From Thermodesulfobacteriota bacterium (GTDB taxonomy: Bacteria > Desulfobacterota > Desulfobacteria > Desulfobacterales > JAUWMJ01), in the NCBI GenBank assembly GCA_034189135.1, contig JAXHVO010000128.1, positions 16,251 through 80,250 on the forward strand: a DNA stretch of 64,000 bases, in the 5' to 3' direction. The position numbers and the translations under genes were made by a program. The notes under the pieces are model-generated. The model made no database searches and had not been told where the DNA came from. It worked only from the letters and a program-made list of their open reading frames with translations. Within the stretch, counting starts at the first letter, position 1. Each line of letters begins with the position of its first letter. Below are positions 48,137 through 56,814 of this stretch, piece by piece.

Positions 48137-49351
48137 TTATTCATCGATAAGCGAATACTCAGGCATTTGATAGAGTTTTCGAATCTGATAGCTTAATGTA
48201 TCCGGTAGATACCTGCCCCAGATTTTTATCGGTATTTCATCCATATGAACGGTTGGGCTCAAACCGACTGCCAGAAGATATTCAATGATATATTCTATAT
48301 TTAAAGAAATGTTTCCATAAAGATCCTGTCCCTGCCTCTGACGGAAAATTCGGCTTTCATGCATGCTTCGCCCTATTTCAGACTCCACCAGCTCTTCAAA
48401 AGTGGTAAATATCAGATCCATTTGGATGGTATCGGCTCCGGTGATAATGAACCCGGCAAAGTCCTCATATGATTGAACGTTCGGCAGTCTGCTTTTAATT
48501 GAATTTTGATATTTGTTATTTTTTTTAAATTTGTCGGTAATATAATCGAAATCGACCTTTAGTTCAACAATATAATGGACAGCGTTATAATTTCCTGAAT
48601 GTTTTTCCTTCTCAACTACGGAAACTCCGGGCAGGGCGGTGAGCACAGATTCAAGTTTATTTTCTCCATACCTGTTGTCGATAATTTTCGTTCCCACAAT
48701 GTCGTTGATTGTCATAGAATCAACGGGAAATTTGATACCGTTCTTCCTGATTCGAGACATGATTTGCTTTTCTGCTTCCATATAATCGTTATGCAGAAAA
48801 AGCGCATTATTATTTTTTCTTTTGGTTTTTACTTTTGAAATATCCTTTGCCAGTGATCTGATTTCATTATAAACGTGCATTGACGCATATCGGCTTGCCT
48901 TTTCAGCAATCCTCCTCGTGCGTTTGAATCGGCATATACTCAGCAAATGAGTAAGATGATCGTGATAGAGATAACCGGTTATGGGAGATCCAACGTAATA
49001 GTATTCGGGAGTTTTCATATATTTTGTTATTAAAGACTTTATTCTATCAGATTTTGCATGACTGTTGTGGCATAAAAAATCCTTTAATACTTTTTTATGT
49101 GAAATGGGCGATTTCTTAAAAGGTAAGTCTGTAAGGGAGTTGAGAAGTTTATTTATGAATAGGAGCATGGTTTCCCATGCGGCAAAGCTGTCGTAAGTGA
49201 TTATCCTGGTGGTTTTAAGGGGGTCTTCAGGTTCGAATCTGTCGGAGAGCCACCTGTTGGTAATTTCAAAGAATTCAGCTCTGTGTAAAAAGGCGGATAG
49301 ATACATGTAATGATAAGGAAAGAAATTGTTGAATGCCGAAGAACTCAGCAA
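48137..49351 (-). CDS. Hypothetical protein with a divergent RelA/SpoT-(alarmone synthetase)-like nucleotidyltransferase core
   Basis: The blocks QIMSRIRKNGIKFPVDSMTINDIVGTKII, HSGNYNAVHYIVEL and TIQMDLIFTTFEEL line up in order and spacing with the ...KxxRKG...DIxGxRhh / GYRSxH / EhQhRT blocks of small alarmone synthetases, but the key residues are substituted. The gene is very AT-rich. The start is uncertain (TTG 49351 or ATG 49306), and no Shine-Dalgarno sequence is visible. Confidence 0.5.
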   Translation of the reverse strand: MLSSSAFNNFFPYHYMYLSAFLHRAEFFEITNRWLSDRFEPEDPLKTTRIITYDSFAAWETMLLFINKLLNSLTDLPFKKSPISHKKVLKDFLCHNSHAKSDRIKSLITKYMKTPEYYYVGSPITGYLYHDHLTHLLSICRFKRTRRIAEKASRYASMHVYNEIRSLAKDISKVKTKRKNNNALFLHNDYMEAEKQIMSRIRKNGIKFPVDSMTINDIVGTKIIDNRYGENKLESVLTALPGVSVVEKEKHSGNYNAVHYIVELKVDFDYITDKFKKNNKYQNSIKSRLPNVQSYEDFAGFIITGADTIQMDLIFTTFEELVESEIGRSMHESRIFRQRQGQDLYGNISLNIEYIIEYLLAVGLSPTVHMDEIPIKIWGRYLPDTLSYQIRKLYQMPEYSLIDE

Positions 49352-49569
49352 TAAATATCAATCAGCAAACCGATATGATTTGTTTTTAAAGGCTCAATCA
49401 TGCTTGCCTGGTTGTAAGTATTTATATGATGATCCATATCGGTATCGGCAAACTTAAAAACATTTTTGCAGTAATCCCTGTACAGGTTTAAATTTGCCGA
49501 AAGCTTCGGTTTGAGCTGGTGATCGTTATATACAGTGGGCACCAGGCTATAATTGGAAGATATTACCAT
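49345..49569 (-). CDS. Hypothetical 74-aa ORF overlapping the start of the 404-aa gene
   Basis: The ORF stop (TGA 49347-49345) overlaps the TTG 49351 start of the downstream ORF in the -1 frame. It has no Shine-Dalgarno sequence and no recognised family. It could be a separate small protein or the displaced N-terminus of a frameshifted gene. Confidence 0.25.
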   Translation of the reverse strand: MVISSNYSLVPTVYNDHQLKPKLSANLNLYRDYCKNVFKFADTDMDHHINTYNQASMIEPLKTNHIGLLIDIYC

Positions 49570-49617
49570 CGGATTTCAGGTATTAATTTGCTGTATCTTT
49601 TGAGTTCATCAACGATA

Positions 49618-49905
49618 TTATCCGTAATGATATATTTGGTATTCTGTCTTTTCCCCTAGAAGAAGATCAATTTTTTCTTGAATTTCAGCTCGTTCCTTAG
49701 AATTTAGCCAATTTTTCCAGTCATCGATTGATTGCCAGGAACTTATCACCAGATTTTCCTGCGGATTTTCAAAGTTTCTTAAAGTTTCGCCGGAAATATA
49801 ACCCGGTTGGTTATTGGCAAGGGCTCTGAGTTGTTTGAGAAGCGCAGTCAAATATTTTATATTATTTTCCGGCACCATCCGCTTAATGATTATTTTAACA
49901 GTCAT
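49618..49905 (-). CDS. Antibiotic-biosynthesis-monooxygenase (ABM/Dabb) fold protein
   Basis: The 95-aa product has the GYISGETL...VISSWQSIDDWKNW pattern typical of ABM domains and an AAGGAG Shine-Dalgarno sequence. Confidence 0.7.
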   Translation of the reverse strand: MTVKIIIKRMVPENNIKYLTALLKQLRALANNQPGYISGETLRNFENPQENLVISSWQSIDDWKNWLNSKERAEIQEKIDLLLGEKTEYQIYHYG

Positions 49906-49947
49906 TTAGTCTCCTTTCTCAGATGAAAAATCTGGTTGGTAATTGGC

Positions 49948-50457
49948 CTATTTTTTTTTGGCTTCCGCTTCTTCCAGTCTTTGGTTATATTCTTTTTTTT
50001 CAGTTTCGAAGGCCTCAAATTTTTTCTTTAACTCTTCCTGTTGCTGATTTAATTTTTTTATTTTTTCGTTAATTTTCCAGACATCTCTTCGGTTGTTTGC
50101 ATTTTTTCTATCTTCTGCGATCTGTTCTCTTTCCTTTTTTATTTCCTCATGTTCTTTTACCAGCTGCAATCTTGTATTATTGAGACGGTCATGAAATTTT
50201 TCAAGGTCCTCCTGATTTTTATTCTCATCCTGCCCTGCATTTTGTTTTATGGCGTTTTTTACAACGTTATCTGTATCATTATCGCTTCCGGGTTCTTCAT
50301 ATCCCTTCAAGCCTGCGCGCTGATCTTGGGGAACTTTGTTAAAATCATCCGTAAAATGGGTGTTGCCATTTTCATCCACATATTTATAAAATTCAGCCGA
50401 TACTGCGGTGGAAAAAAAGATAATAATCAGACATATAAACAGTTTTATCAAATTCAT
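49948..50457 (-). CDS. Secreted DUF4124-like protein with K/E-rich coiled-coil tail
   Basis: A signal peptide is followed by FYKYVDENGNTHFTDDFNKVP, which fits the YKWxDxxGxxHYSD pattern of DUF4124 (from memory). The C-terminal half is K/E-rich, and there is an AAGGAG Shine-Dalgarno sequence. Confidence 0.65.
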   Translation of the reverse strand: MNLIKLFICLIIIFFSTAVSAEFYKYVDENGNTHFTDDFNKVPQDQRAGLKGYEEPGSDNDTDNVVKNAIKQNAGQDENKNQEDLEKFHDRLNNTRLQLVKEHEEIKKEREQIAEDRKNANNRRDVWKINEKIKKLNQQQEELKKKFEAFETEKKEYNQRLEEAEAKKK

Positions 50458-50766
50458 ATGGCAGCGCTCCTTTAAAGCTTTTTATAATTAATAAATAAAT
50501 ACCACATACAGACCTATTTTGCAAACACCATGTGGGTAAATGGAATATAAAGGTTATTTTCTCATCCATTTTCATACAAGGCTTGAGTGTAAAACATCGA
50601 GTATAAAAGGTCTTGCTTAAAAGCTTTAATCAGTATATATGTCACAACCTGATATGAAGGGTCAAAATAAATACTTTTTTATCATTGGTCTCCCCCCTTC
50701 TCCAGCTTCCACCCATATCCCAACCATGATTTGCAGCAGGGCAGGGGGAATTTTAAAGGAATTGCC

Positions 50767-52002
50767 ATGTTAAGTGAAAAAGAAAAGCTGGACACTTTGG
50801 CTAATTTAATGGTCGAACTCAACCAGGTCAGCGACCTGGATATTTTGATGGAACATATTTTAACACAGGCACGTCGATTTGTGAATGCGGATGCCGGTTC
50901 AATCTACATAGCCTATGATGACTCACTTCAGTTTACTTATACCCAGAACGATACACTGCAAAAACGTCTGGCTAAAGGTGAAAAACTGATTTATTCCACT
51001 TTTACTTTGCCGATAAATGAGCAAAGCATTGCCGGTTATGTGGCCGCCACAGGCAGGCCTCTGAATATAAAAGACGTTTACAGTCTGGAATCGGACTTGC
51101 CATATAATTTCAGCAGGGAGTTTGATGTTGCATCAAAATACAAGACACACTCGGTCCTTACCATTCCGCTAAAAGCGGCAAATGGAGACGTTCTGGGTGC
51201 GGCGCAGATTATTAATGCCATGGATGCGGATAACAAAGTGATATCATTTTCTGAAAAAGACGAAAAGATGATGATGCATTTTGCCGGTATTGCTTCGGTG
51301 GCATTGGAACGTGCCAAGATGACACGGGCAAATATACTTCGCATGATCAAGATGGCCGAGATGCGTGATCCCAAGGAGACGGGAGCCCATGTTAACCGTG
51401 TGGGCGCATTTGCAGTTGAAATATACGAACAGTGGGCTTTAAAGCGCAATCTTTCCAGGAAAGAAATAGATAAAAACCGTGATGTGCTTCGCATGGCTGC
51501 GATGCTCCATGATGTGGGTAAGGTGGCCATTTCAGACGTGATCCTGAAAAAACCGGGCAGGTTCAGCAAAGACGAATTCGAAATTATGAAGCAGCATACC
51601 GTTCTAGGGGCCAGGCTATTTTTAGACCGTCAGTCCGACTTTGATAAGGCGGCACTAATCGTTGCGCTGACTCACCATGAGCGCTGGGATGGAAAAGGTT
51701 ATCCCGGACCGGTTAATCTTTTGGACGGAAGAGCAATCACCGATTACACAAATTCAGAAGAGATGCCCGGCGGGATTAAAGAGGGGGAAATACCTCTTTT
51801 TGGCAGGATAGTGGCCATTGCCGATGTTTATGACGCTCTATCAACGGTGAGGACTTATAAAGAGGCATGGAATGAATCTGAAGTATTGTCGGTGATTGAA
51901 AAAGAGGCAGGATTCCATTTTGACCCTGAAATTGTTGAAGTTTTCTTTTCCAGTCTTGATATGATACGGGCGATTCAGGAAAGATATAAAGACAATCACT
52001 GA
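50767..52002 (+). CDS. GAF domain + HD-GYP domain protein (putative c-di-GMP phosphodiesterase)
   Basis: It has an N-terminal GAF-like region (ADAGSIYIAY...IAGYVAATGRPLNI) and an HD-GYP domain (MLHDVGKVAI, HHERWDGKGYPG). The start is set at ATG 50767. Confidence 0.85.
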   Translation: MLSEKEKLDTLANLMVELNQVSDLDILMEHILTQARRFVNADAGSIYIAYDDSLQFTYTQNDTLQKRLAKGEKLIYSTFTLPINEQSIAGYVAATGRPLNIKDVYSLESDLPYNFSREFDVASKYKTHSVLTIPLKAANGDVLGAAQIINAMDADNKVISFSEKDEKMMMHFAGIASVALERAKMTRANILRMIKMAEMRDPKETGAHVNRVGAFAVEIYEQWALKRNLSRKEIDKNRDVLRMAAMLHDVGKVAISDVILKKPGRFSKDEFEIMKQHTVLGARLFLDRQSDFDKAALIVALTHHERWDGKGYPGPVNLLDGRAITDYTNSEEMPGGIKEGEIPLFGRIVAIADVYDALSTVRTYKEAWNESEVLSVIEKEAGFHFDPEIVEVFFSSLDMIRAIQERYKDNH

Positions 52003-52128
52003 CGGTATCGTAAAAAGCCCAACTTCTGCGTTGTGCTGCATTTCGCAATCATTCAACCTACGATTAGTACGCCTCATGATTACAAAATTTGCACGCCTTG
52101 AATTTGAACTTTTTACGATACCGTCAGT
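51998..52128. repeat. 131-nt long hairpin with 20-bp perfect terminal arms, overlapping the HD-GYP stop codon
   Basis: actgacggtatcgtaaaaag (51998-52017) is the exact reverse complement of ctttttacgataccgtcagt (52109-52128). The interior continues as an imperfect stem (tgcatttcgcaatcat / atgattacaaaatttgca). Confidence 0.85.
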
Positions 52129-52221
52129 AACTAGTGTATCTATTTTCTTAATATGATTACGCGTAACAATTAGTTTTCATTGCGGAAGACGCAAAGCATT
52201 CTTCCCCTAAAGGTTAAAATT

Positions 52222-54165
52222 ATGAAGATTCGTGAGTTATTAACCGTTTTCGTTGTCTTGCTATTTTTATTGTCGTGCGTACCCAAAGCAGTGATTCAAC
52301 CCGTCCCTGAGAAAGCGGGTACACCCGAAGCACTTTTTTTAAAAGCTGAAAAACTTTTTCAGGCAAAATCATACTTTAAGGCTCTCAATGAATATGAAAG
52401 ATACCTTTCATTTTTTCCTCAAGGGACCTTTGCTGACGATGCTTTGATGAAAATGGGTATGATTTATGTGGCGGTGAAAAAAAATAAAAAAGCACGAAAG
52501 ATTTTCAATCGTTTGCTTTCCCAATACCCGGACAGTCCTCTTGCCATTGATACCCGGATTGAAATACTTATTACCTATTATAATGAAGCACAATTTGCAG
52601 AAGTAATACAGCTATCCTCAAGCCTGTTGGAAGGGAAGATATCCAAGGTCAATACCGGAAGGATATACACCATTCTTGGCGATACCTATGTGGCCATGGA
52701 CTCTCCGGAAGATTCGATACATTTTTTTACTATGGCTCATAAAATGTCTGAAGTCGCTCAACAACAGTCGATCATGGTAAAAATGAAACAAGCGGTGGGC
52801 AAACTTGATTCCGAGAGTATTTTATCACTTCTCAACTACATTGAAGACAAGCTTCCCAAAGGCTATCTCATGTACCATCTTGGTGTGAGCTATTCGAAAG
52901 AGGAAAAACCCGATGAAGCGATCAGGGCTTTAACGGAATTCGTGAAAAGCTTTCCTGAGCACGAAAACGTGCAGCAGGCTAAACTTTTGATAGAAGAGAT
53001 TGCCGGAAAAGCAGTTTACCGCCGCTATACCATCGGATGTTTACTTCCGCTGAGCGGCCCTTATAGCATTTACGGGAACAGGGCCATGAAGGGGATTGAA
53101 CTTGCTTTGTCTCAATTCAACTCTATAGCCGCCAACCCATCTATAAATGTATTAATTAAGGATACCGGAGGCAATCCCGACCGAGCGATTGTGGCGATGC
53201 AGGATCTGCAAAATGATCAGGTTGCCGCAATCATCGGGCCGATTATTACCGCGGAAGCGGTGGCAACCGAAGCACAGCATAGCGGGATTCCCATGATTAC
53301 CATCACCCAGAAAGAAAATATTACCGAGATAAGCGACAATATTTTCCGAAATTTCATTACACCTGAAATGCAGGTAAAGGCGGTTGTTTCTTATGCGGTT
53401 GATGTGCTCGAGGTAAAAAATTTTGCTGTTTTATATCCCGAAGAGAAATATGGGACCCATTTCATGAATCTGTTTTGGGATGAGGTATTGAAATACGGGG
53501 GCAGAATAGTCGGCGCCGAAGCGTATAATCCCTCACATACCGATTTCAAAGATCCGATCAAAAAGCTGGTGGGGCTTTACTATGAGGTCCCTGAAGACCT
53601 TAAAGAAAAAATGGATGCCGAACAGGTTGATATGGAAAAGCCGGATGCCGAAAATCCGGATGATGAAGACGAGGAACCCGAACCGGTGGTTGATTTTGAG
53701 GCCATTTTTATTCCGGATGGCCCTAAAAAAGCTGGCCTGATCATCCCCCAGCTGGCATTTCATGATATTGAGGATGTGTATCTTCTGGGAACCAAACTCT
53801 GGCATTCGAAAAAACTGGTCGATATGACCAAGGAGTACATCCAAAGGGCCATCATCCCTGAAGGTTTTTTCCACCAGAGCACTTCCGTAAAGATCAGAAA
53901 TTTTGTGGAGAAATTTGAAAAAACATATTCAGAAAAGCCCGGGTTTATCGAGGCGATCGCCTATGACACTTCCATGATATTATTTCAAATATTGAGCCGG
54001 CCGGATGTCAGATCCAGGAGTGCCATCAAAGATGCGCTCATGCAAGTTAAGAATTTTCAGGGGGTTACCGGGCTGACGTCATTTAATGATACGGGAGATG
54101 TTAAAAAAAAGCTCAGCCTGCTTCGTATCAAGGATGATCAATTTGTCGAGCTGGAATTTAATTAA
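52222..54165 (+). CDS. Lipoprotein with N-terminal TPR domain and C-terminal type-1 periplasmic-binding fold (LpoA-like architecture)
   Basis: It has a lipobox (LLSC) at ATG 52222 and TPR-like repeats in the first roughly 270 aa. The C-terminal LivK/LppC-like domain (IGCLLPLSGPYSIYGNRAMKGIELAL...) carries an acidic insert (DAENPDDEDEEPEP). Confidence 0.6.
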   Translation: MKIRELLTVFVVLLFLLSCVPKAVIQPVPEKAGTPEALFLKAEKLFQAKSYFKALNEYERYLSFFPQGTFADDALMKMGMIYVAVKKNKKARKIFNRLLSQYPDSPLAIDTRIEILITYYNEAQFAEVIQLSSSLLEGKISKVNTGRIYTILGDTYVAMDSPEDSIHFFTMAHKMSEVAQQQSIMVKMKQAVGKLDSESILSLLNYIEDKLPKGYLMYHLGVSYSKEEKPDEAIRALTEFVKSFPEHENVQQAKLLIEEIAGKAVYRRYTIGCLLPLSGPYSIYGNRAMKGIELALSQFNSIAANPSINVLIKDTGGNPDRAIVAMQDLQNDQVAAIIGPIITAEAVATEAQHSGIPMITITQKENITEISDNIFRNFITPEMQVKAVVSYAVDVLEVKNFAVLYPEEKYGTHFMNLFWDEVLKYGGRIVGAEAYNPSHTDFKDPIKKLVGLYYEVPEDLKEKMDAEQVDMEKPDAENPDDEDEEPEPVVDFEAIFIPDGPKKAGLIIPQLAFHDIEDVYLLGTKLWHSKKLVDMTKEYIQRAIIPEGFFHQSTSVKIRNFVEKFEKTYSEKPGFIEAIAYDTSMILFQILSRPDVRSRSAIKDALMQVKNFQGVTGLTSFNDTGDVKKKLSLLRIKDDQFVELEFN

Positions 54166-54191
54166 TAGGAATTGGAAATTTGGCCTCCATA

Positions 54192-54272
54192 TTTTTACCA
54201 CGGATTTACACAGAAATTTCACAGCTAGTAAAAATTAAAATTCAGTGTCTCTCGGTAAAACTCCGTGGTAAA
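54192..54272. repeat. Imperfect hairpin of the (C/T)ACCACGGA family between convergent genes
   Basis: tttttaccacggatttacacagaaatttcacag pairs with ttcagtgtctctcggtaaaactccgtggtaaa. The basal stem tttaccacgga/tccgtggtaaa is 11 bp and perfect. Confidence 0.8.
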
Positions 54273-54273
54273 T

Positions 54274-55599
54274 TCAATCATTTTTCAATGAATCCTGGCC
54301 GGTGGCTTCGAGAACGGTTCGCCACAGCTTTCCGTTGGGCAATACATGCTTGCGTTTTCCGGCTGATAAGGCCATGGGCACATACACAAAACTGTTATTC
54401 CAATGACTGACAATAAGCTTTGTCTTGCCCGCCATAGCCGCATGAACCGCATCACGCCCTAAAAATCCGCAAAACACACTGTCGTTGGCATTTGCCGGCA
54501 GGCTCCGGATGATATAACTGGGATCAATATATTTGAGTGAAATATCAATGTGTTTATCTTTAAAATAGGAGGTGATTTTAGTTTTTAAAAAGAGTCCGAT
54601 ATCTTTTAATTTGATGTTTCCCGAAGCGTCACGCTCATCATCACTCTCCTCGATAAAATTCTGACCGGCCCCTTCCGCCACAACAATGACGGCATGTTTT
54701 CTAAGAGCCAGGCGTTTTTCAATGGCTTGCAGCAAACCGTTTTTCCCTTCGAGATCGATATCGATTTCCGGGATGAGCACAAAATTAACGTCCTGTTGCG
54801 CCAGAGTGGCGGTAGCCGCAATAAAGCCGGAATGCCTGCCCATGAGTTTGATCAGCCCGATTCCATTGGGATATCCCTGGGCCTCATTATGGGCGACCTT
54901 GATGGCATCAGTGGCCACATCCACTGCCGTATCAAAACCGAAAGATCTCGATACCATGTGTATATCATTGTCAATGGTTTTGGGTATGCCGACCACACTG
55001 ATTTTGAGGTTTCTGCTGGTAATCGCATCGGCAATTTTAGATGCGGCCATCAGGGTTCCGTCACCGCCGATCAAAAAAAGAATGCCGATGTTCATCCTCT
55101 CCAGGCTGTCGACAATCTCGTCTATGGGCTGGGGGCCCCTGGAAGAGCCCAGGACCGATCCGCCCATGTCGAGAATATTGCACACAAAGTCAGGGGTCAG
55201 ATCAATGACGTCGTGACCAAATTCCGCAATAAATCCCTGCAGACCGTAGCGGATGCCAAAAATATTGCGAACACCGTAACCGTAGTAAAGTTCGAGTACG
55301 ATGGAACGGATGATGTCGTTCAGGCCGGGGCACAGGCCGCCGCAGGTCACCAGTGCACACTTGAGTTTGCTGGGGTCAAAATAAATCTTTTCCCGCGGGC
55401 CTGCCATTTCAAAGCATGGTATATCCTTTCCTTTTTTGATCATGCCCGTTATGTCGGACAGTTTTAAATTTACGATGATCCGGTCATCGTCCGAAACAAA
55501 ATTTTTAGACTGTTTGCCCCGGTGACGTTTTTTTATCGGAGACGGTATTTTGGCCTCTCCGACTGTCGGTATCTTTGTGTCAATTGAGTAAAAATCCAT
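54274..55599 (-). CDS. pfk: 6-phosphofructokinase (phosphoryl donor, ATP or PPi, not assignable from sequence)
   Basis: It has CGGLCPGLNDIIRSIV, IGGDGTL, IPKTIDNDI and MGRHSGFIA. Confidence 0.9.
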   Translation of the reverse strand: MDFYSIDTKIPTVGEAKIPSPIKKRHRGKQSKNFVSDDDRIIVNLKLSDITGMIKKGKDIPCFEMAGPREKIYFDPSKLKCALVTCGGLCPGLNDIIRSIVLELYYGYGVRNIFGIRYGLQGFIAEFGHDVIDLTPDFVCNILDMGGSVLGSSRGPQPIDEIVDSLERMNIGILFLIGGDGTLMAASKIADAITSRNLKISVVGIPKTIDNDIHMVSRSFGFDTAVDVATDAIKVAHNEAQGYPNGIGLIKLMGRHSGFIAATATLAQQDVNFVLIPEIDIDLEGKNGLLQAIEKRLALRKHAVIVVAEGAGQNFIEESDDERDASGNIKLKDIGLFLKTKITSYFKDKHIDISLKYIDPSYIIRSLPANANDSVFCGFLGRDAVHAAMAGKTKLIVSHWNNSFVYVPMALSAGKRKHVLPNGKLWRTVLEATGQDSLKND

Positions 55600-55679
55600 A
55601 GCAGCCTCAAACGGTTACAATGTATCTAATGTTTAAAACCTGTAATTTATTTTGGTTTTCCTGCAGATTTGTCGATGAA

Positions 55680-55770
55680 AAGGGTCCGGGGAATCAAGGG
55701 GTCGAGAGTTTTTCTTCCTTATCCTTATATATTTCACTTGAACCCATGGCCCTTGAAACCCTGAATCCTT
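55680..55770. repeat. Low-complexity inverted repeat containing CTTGAACC units (reverse complement of GGTTCAAG)
   Basis: aagggtccggggaatcaaggggtcgagag (55680-55707) pairs with cttgaacccatggcccttgaaaccctgaatcctt (55737-55770). About 16 Watson-Crick pairs plus 3 G-T pairs occur in the first 23 positions. Confidence 0.6.
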
Positions 55771-55785
55771 ATGATCCCTTATGTT

Positions 55786-56760
55786 TTATTTTCCGTTGAA
55801 TTTGAATTCGCCTTTGCCTAAAATGTCGTGCAGATGTATAATTCCGCAAATTTTACCGCTGTCATCCGTTACCGGAAGTACGGTAATCTGATAATTTTCC
55901 ATTATGTTCAGTGCATCGTATGCAGGTGTGCTCGGGTGAGTGGTTTGCGGATTAATGGTCATGACATCTTCCACTGTTGAACCGGCAATGGTTGTATGAC
56001 CTACGATGAAACGGCGAATGTCTCCATCAGTAATGATGCCGGCAAGGGTTTTATCCGTGCTTAAAACAAGTGCGGTTCCCAGTCTGAAGCGATCGACTAT
56101 TTTTATCGCGTCTTCCATGGAAGCCCCTTTCCCCACCAGGGGAATCAAGTCTCCTGCTAACATGATGTCTCCTACCTTACTGGAAAGACGCTGACCGATG
56201 GCTCCGCCCGGGTGAATTTTTTTAAAATCACTGGTTTGAAAGTGTTTTTTATTAATCAGGACCACGGCAAGCGCATCCCCCATGGCAAGAAGAGCAGTGG
56301 TGCTAGACGTTGGCGCCAGGCCAAGAGGGCATGCTTCTTTATCTACTCCGACATCAATGATAATATCACTATTTTTTGCCAGGGTGGAATCCGTATTTCC
56401 GGTAAAAGCGATGACTTTGCATCCCACATTTTTGATGCTGGGGACAAGGATATTGAGTTCGTCGGTTTCACCGCTGTTTGACAGGGCAACAAACACATCC
56501 TCATGGCTGACCATTCCCAGGTCTCCATGCATGGCTTCCACAGGATGCAAAAAGATCGATCGTGTTCCGGTGGAGTTCAAGGTGGCCACAATCTTTCTCC
56601 CCACTATTCCGGATTTGCCTATTCCACCGACGATGAGACGTCCCTTGGACCGGCAAATCAGCTCGACCATTTCGCTAAAGTTTTCATCGATCCGATCGAT
56701 CAGTTTTAATATCCCTTGTGCTTCTAGCTTAAGGACTTCGACTGCCTGTTCGATAATCAT
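55786..56760 (-). CDS. kpsF: Arabinose-5-phosphate isomerase (KpsF/GutQ family; SIS + tandem CBS)
   Basis: It has a SIS domain (GRLIVGGIGKSGIVGRKIVATLNSTGTRSIFLHPVEAMHGDLG) and a C-terminal CBS pair. Confidence 0.85.
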   Translation of the reverse strand: MIIEQAVEVLKLEAQGILKLIDRIDENFSEMVELICRSKGRLIVGGIGKSGIVGRKIVATLNSTGTRSIFLHPVEAMHGDLGMVSHEDVFVALSNSGETDELNILVPSIKNVGCKVIAFTGNTDSTLAKNSDIIIDVGVDKEACPLGLAPTSSTTALLAMGDALAVVLINKKHFQTSDFKKIHPGGAIGQRLSSKVGDIMLAGDLIPLVGKGASMEDAIKIVDRFRLGTALVLSTDKTLAGIITDGDIRRFIVGHTTIAGSTVEDVMTINPQTTHPSTPAYDALNIMENYQITVLPVTDDSGKICGIIHLHDILGKGEFKFNGK

Positions 56761-56814
56761 ATATTTTCCTGTTTATTAAGAAAATTTGCTCGGGAAAAGG
56801 TAATTTCCAATTAA

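Noticed and set aside
49330-49360. Programmed -1 ribosomal frameshift joining the 74-aa and 404-aa ORFs.
   Set aside because: The overlap (gatatttattgctga) contains no X-XXY-YYZ slippery heptamer and has no obvious downstream stimulatory structure. A simple two-gene overlap or a frameshift mutation is more likely.
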